A stretch of 64,000 nucleotides of DNA, taken from positions 3,969-67,968 of the forward strand of contig JAIYAU010000022.1 of NCBI GenBank assembly GCA_027488865.1. The letters run 5' to 3'. The stretch comes from Cytophagaceae bacterium. Lineage in GTDB: Bacteria; Bacteroidota; Bacteroidia; Cytophagales; UBA9547. The translations under genes and the position numbers were made by a program. The notes beneath the pieces were generated by a model. That model saw only the letters and a program-made list of their open reading frames with translations, did no database searches and was not told the origin of the DNA. Positions 60,804-64,000 of the stretch are shown in pieces; within the stretch, counting starts at the first letter, position 1, and every line of letters starts with the position of its first letter.

Positions 60804-61168
60804 TATAACTTTGTAGTTTCTTTGATATCTTTAAATAATATACCTCCTGACATCCTATGTAGCATCTTCTTCTCAAACATCCAAAAAAACTTAAACTGAC
60901 CAAAAATCGTTCCGGTGATGATCAATAATATTTGATAAATTGGTACAATTAAAAATATACGTAATGGCCAAAAAAGCCAAGGAGCCATGGTGTATTCTGA
61001 AATACCCAATGCCGGTCGAACATACTTACCCACAACCATAGAAGCGGAACCAGTAATAGCAAAAACTACAAAAATTATAGCTAACTGAAAATTAGATTGC
61101 ACTTCCCACTTAGCCTTGAGTTTCTCTAAATACTTCATATTATTTATTAAATAGTAAAGTACAAACAT
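60803..61168 (-). CDS. Hypothetical small membrane protein (3 TM)
   Basis: 121-aa ORF. Its TAA overlaps the ATG of the downstream ThiF/MoeB gene (TAATG). Confidence 0.5.
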   Translation of the reverse strand: MFVLYYLINNMKYLEKLKAKWEVQSNFQLAIIFVVFAITGSASMVVGKYVRPALGISEYTMAPWLFWPLRIFLIVPIYQILLIITGTIFGQFKFFWMFEKKMLHRMSGGILFKDIKETTKL

Positions 61169-61585
61169 AAAAATAATATACAGGCTTATGAAATTAACGT
61201 TTGTGAAAAATATAGTATAGATTAAAAAAATACAAAAAACTAAAAGTAAACCCTTAAATATTTAATTAGAGCGGATTTGATTTTTGGTCGAAAATGGAAA
61301 TCAAATGTAAAAATTCACCTACTTCTGAAAATTCGTTTATAGGTATTGTTGTTACAAATTTTAAGCAAATCTAATATGTATTGAACAATTAAAATATGCA
61401 TTAATCAAGTTAAACCGACACAGTTTTTACGTGTTCAAACAAAATTTTCATATTTCACTGATACTAAAACGCTATATTTAGTATTAAATTTATTCTATAT
61501 ATTCATCAAATAAGACTATATTTTAAAATAAATAAGCTAATTCAAAGAACTAATTGTATTTTTGCGATAATTAATTATTTCTCCT

Positions 61586-62008
61586 ATGAATAAACTTATT
61601 TTTCATATTTTAATAACCTTAGTTGTAACCATAGCTTACGGCCAAACTCCGAAATCTACTATGAGGGATTACCGTAAAAATCCTAGATGGATACAAATGA
61701 TGGAAGATTCTACTGTCAATTACCATCAAGCAGTTATTGCCTTTGATGAGTTTTGGAAAGGTAAACCCGAGCCAGAAGGTGAGCTTGAAGGTAACGAACA
61801 CGAGGAGCATGAAGAAAGGTCGCTTTTATCAAGGTTATTAAAGAGCGATGATAAACTAAAAGAAGAAGTGATGCAATATGCCAGTGAATTTAAAAGATTT
61901 AGGTATTGGAAAAGAAAATATGCGGCTTATGTAAGAAGTGATGGTTCGATTCCCACAGAAGAAGATATTAAAAAATTAATAGAACAAGAAATAATAAATA
62001 GGAGATAA
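61586..62008 (+). CDS. Hypothetical secreted protein (charged, helical)
   Basis: 140 aa with a signal peptide (…TIAYG-Q). Preceded by the TATTTTTG -7-like box at 61557-61564. Confidence 0.5.
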   Translation: MNKLIFHILITLVVTIAYGQTPKSTMRDYRKNPRWIQMMEDSTVNYHQAVIAFDEFWKGKPEPEGELEGNEHEEHEERSLLSRLLKSDDKLKEEVMQYASEFKRFRYWKRKYAAYVRSDGSIPTEEDIKKLIEQEIINRR

Positions 62009-62060
62009 AATTATTGTAAAATTCTAATAATTAACACATTATCAATTATTTACACGCCTT

Positions 62061-64000
62061 ATGAAAAAATATTTATATATATTGTCCTTCCTTTTCTGTT
62101 CCAATTATTCAAATAGCCAAACAGCCACATGGACAAACATAGGTCCAATCCCGTTTCCACAAAAAACGATTGGCCAAGTGCATGGAATTGGACGGGTTTC
62201 TGAAATTAAGTTTCATCCAAGCGATCCTAACAAAATGTATTGTGCATCGGCATCTGGTGGGTTATGGTTTAGTAATAACAAAGGTGTGAGCTGGACTAAT
62301 CTTGGTACAGATAAAGTGACCAACGTGCAATCAGCCTCATTAGCAATTGACCCGACTAACGACCAAACAATTTATTGGGGTACGGGTGATGCTAATTATT
62401 ATAGCTCGGGGTTTGGTGTTTACAAAACTAGCAATGGCGGCACAACTTGGTCTGCCTCTAATAGTGGCATGGGTAACCGATTGGTTGTAGAACTTCTTAT
62501 TGTACCCACGAACAGCCAAATATTAATCGCTGCCACCAACAGTGGTATATACAAAAGCACGAATGGTGGTGCCAATTGGGTTCAGAAGGGATCATCCGGT
62601 ATCCAATATACGGACCTAGTATTTAAACCAGGCAGTAATGGACAAATAATATATGCGGCAGCTAAAAAAGGTTTTTATAGATCTTTAGATGCTGGTGAAT
62701 CTTGGTCGCAAATTAGTTCGTCATCTTTTGTGTTTGGAGCTGATGGCAGCAGACTAGCAGTTTCTGCTGCGAATCCCAACATTGTGTATCTTGGCAATGT
62801 AGGAACTGGAACCGTATGTGAATTGTATCGCTCCGCAGATGGTGGAACTACTTGGATAAATGCAAGATCAGAATCTACCAAGGCTTTAGCAGGATATGAT
62901 GCATCAGGTGGTGGACAAGGAAATTATAATTTTGATATTGAAGTTAACCCAGCGAATGCAAATGAATTATATGTATGTGCACACGTAATTTGGAGATCGA
63001 CAGATGCTGGTTCAACTTGGACTCAACAACAAACTAGTTGGGCCTATAATCTACACACGGACCAGCACCATATTCTATTCGATCCCTATGTAAGTGGACA
63101 ACTTTGGAATGCTAATGATGGTGGTGTCTGGAGCAACAAAACCAACGGTACTGGGGTTTGGACTCCCATGTCTGATGGAATAGCCGCTACAGAAATTTAC
63201 CGCGCAGCTAGTAGTAATATTAATAAAGGTATCGCTTATATTGGGACACAGGATAATGGAGGATTTTATTATAATTCAGGCACTTGGTATAATGATAGGG
63301 GTGGCGATTGGGGACCCGAAGAATTTTTTGATTATTCAAGTAACTACGTTTATTGCGACGAATTAAACACAAGAAAATTATATCCATCTGGATCAAATCA
63401 AAACCTCAATTTACCATTTACAGTTTCCAACACTGCAAAAAGTAAGTATGCATTTTGCCCTGCAAATACTTCCATTGGTTATGTAGCAAATTCAGGTAAA
63501 ATATATCGAAGCTCCAATTTAACAACTAATTCTCCCGCTTGGACATTGATATTTACTTTACCTTCTGGAAGTGTAAAAGACCTTGAAACTGACCCTTCCA
63601 ATGCAAACGAACTTTACATTATTAGTAACGACCAAAAAATCTATAGGTCAGACAATGCTACCGCTGCAACTCCAACCTTTGCGACTGGAAATATGCCTTC
63701 AGCAACTAATAATGCAGGATGGGTAGCTCCAATAAACGGTACCAATGTAGTTTATGCTTCCGCAAACACTAAAATATACCGTTCTGTTGATAAAGGTACT
63801 AATTGGGCTGATGTGACTACAGGTTTTCCAAATGCTAATATTAATGGGTTAGTTGCTGACAGATTCAGCCCAAATAACGAAAGTATTTATGCATCTTATG
63901 CAAACGGTGTTTATTACAGAGATAATACGAAAACATCCTGGTCAAATTATTCTCAAGGTCTCCCTATTATTTGTGATATTACTGATTTGTTTTATTATAA
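62061..64000 (+). CDS. Asp-box (BNR) repeat beta-propeller protein, sortilin/VPS10- or xyloglucanase-like; 3' partial (runs off the window)
   Basis: Not in the ORF track because there is no stop in the window. Hand translation from ATG 62061 gives MKKYLYILSFLFCSNYSNSQ... The frame was spot-checked open at about 63000 and at the window end. It has at least 7 SxDxGxTW-type Asp boxes, e.g. TSNGGTTWS, STNGGANWV, RSLDAGESWS, RSADGGTTWI, RSTDAGSTWT, SVDKGTNWA. Confidence 0.7.
   Translation, partial: MKKYLYILSFLFCSNYSNSQTATWTNIGPIPFPQKTIGQVHGIGRVSEIKFHPSDPNKMYCASASGGLWFSNNKGVSWTNLGTDKVTNVQSASLAIDPTNDQTIYWGTGDANYYSSGFGVYKTSNGGTTWSASNSGMGNRLVVELLIVPTNSQILIAATNSGIYKSTNGGANWVQKGSSGIQYTDLVFKPGSNGQIIYAAAKKGFYRSLDAGESWSQISSSSFVFGADGSRLAVSAANPNIVYLGNVGTGTVCELYRSADGGTTWINARSESTKALAGYDASGGGQGNYNFDIEVNPANANELYVCAHVIWRSTDAGSTWTQQQTSWAYNLHTDQHHILFDPYVSGQLWNANDGGVWSNKTNGTGVWTPMSDGIAATEIYRAASSNINKGIAYIGTQDNGGFYYNSGTWYNDRGGDWGPEEFFDYSSNYVYCDELNTRKLYPSGSNQNLNLPFTVSNTAKSKYAFCPANTSIGYVANSGKIYRSSNLTTNSPAWTLIFTLPSGSVKDLETDPSNANELYIISNDQKIYRSDNATAATPTFATGNMPSATNNAGWVAPINGTNVVYASANTKIYRSVDKGTNWADVTTGFPNANINGLVADRFSPNNESIYASYANGVYYRDNTKTSWSNYSQGLPIICDITDLFYY

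Noticed and set aside
61169-61585. A 417-nt AT-rich intergenic region with a 9-bp inverted repeat (ATTTGATTT ... AAATCAAAT, about 61276-61306). I considered a riboswitch or sRNA.
   Set aside because: I recognise no conserved riboswitch core. The stem is short and AT-rich, and the region is adequately explained as a pair of divergent promoters.
62675-62881. 68-aa minus-strand ORF in the last 2 kb, where the ORF track shows no plus-strand gene
   Set aside because: The plus strand carries an open Asp-box repeat protein frame from 62061 to the window end. It is absent from the track only because it has no stop in the window. The minus-strand ORF is a shadow ORF.
1-64000. I looked for CRISPR arrays, transposases, integrases, tRNA genes, rRNA genes and prophage modules.
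   Set aside because: None was found by eye. The only structured RNA gene recognised is ssrA. No spaced direct-repeat arrays are present, and no ORF has recombinase or transposase motifs.

Overview
This is a low-GC chromosomal segment of Bacteroidota type. The evidence is gene content, TAnnTTTG -7 promoter boxes, a GEENYALAA tmRNA tag, and bamD-rpoZ-coaBC-DUF4835 synteny. Most of it is housekeeping. Coordinates 21-17.9 kb hold mixed envelope and stress genes: DUF58, a BacNav-like channel, csp, a C-N hydrolase, a WG-repeat/OmpA protein, two glycosyltransferases, a 1027-aa ABCG-type transporter operon, murB and a DsbD-like protein. Coordinates 18.0-32.5 kb hold a complete minus-strand spc/alpha ribosomal cluster from rplC to rplQ, including secY, map, infA, rpmJ and rpoA; I added rpmJ and rpmD by hand because they are below the ORF-track cutoff. 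Coordinates 32.6-39.4 kb hold an M23 peptidase, an FAH-family protein, an ABC ATPase, bamD, rpoZ, coaBC and DUF4835. Coordinates 39.4-45.1 kb hold the sulfate-assimilation cluster cysC-cysD-[two inserted genes]-cysN, with divergent cysQ. tmRNA (ssrA) lies at 45.2-45.6 kb. nuoA-nuoJ occupy 45.6-53.6 kb on the minus strand and stop after nuoJ. A CzcCBA-type RND efflux operon occupies 53.8-59.4 kb. It is followed by a ThiF/MoeB-rhodanese gene and a partial Asp-box (BNR) repeat protein that runs off the window end. The stand-out is a tightly packed two-gene cassette at 40704-42619, wedged between cysD and cysN, which are normally adjacent. It encodes an ABC/OLD-type (AAA_15/AAA_21-like) ATPase and a 184-aa protein of unknown family, and its stop codon overlaps the cysN start. 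The architecture resembles ATPase+effector anti-phage systems (Septu, PARIS/AbiL, Gabija class), but the partner is not recognisable as any of their effectors. Secondary observations are a 16-nt poly-T tract inside a GT2 glycosyltransferase, an 8-copy heptanucleotide repeat, a nuo operon truncated after nuoJ next to ssrA, and rplC uncoupled from rpsJ. All family assignments come from reading the translated ORFs and from recall. No database search was run.
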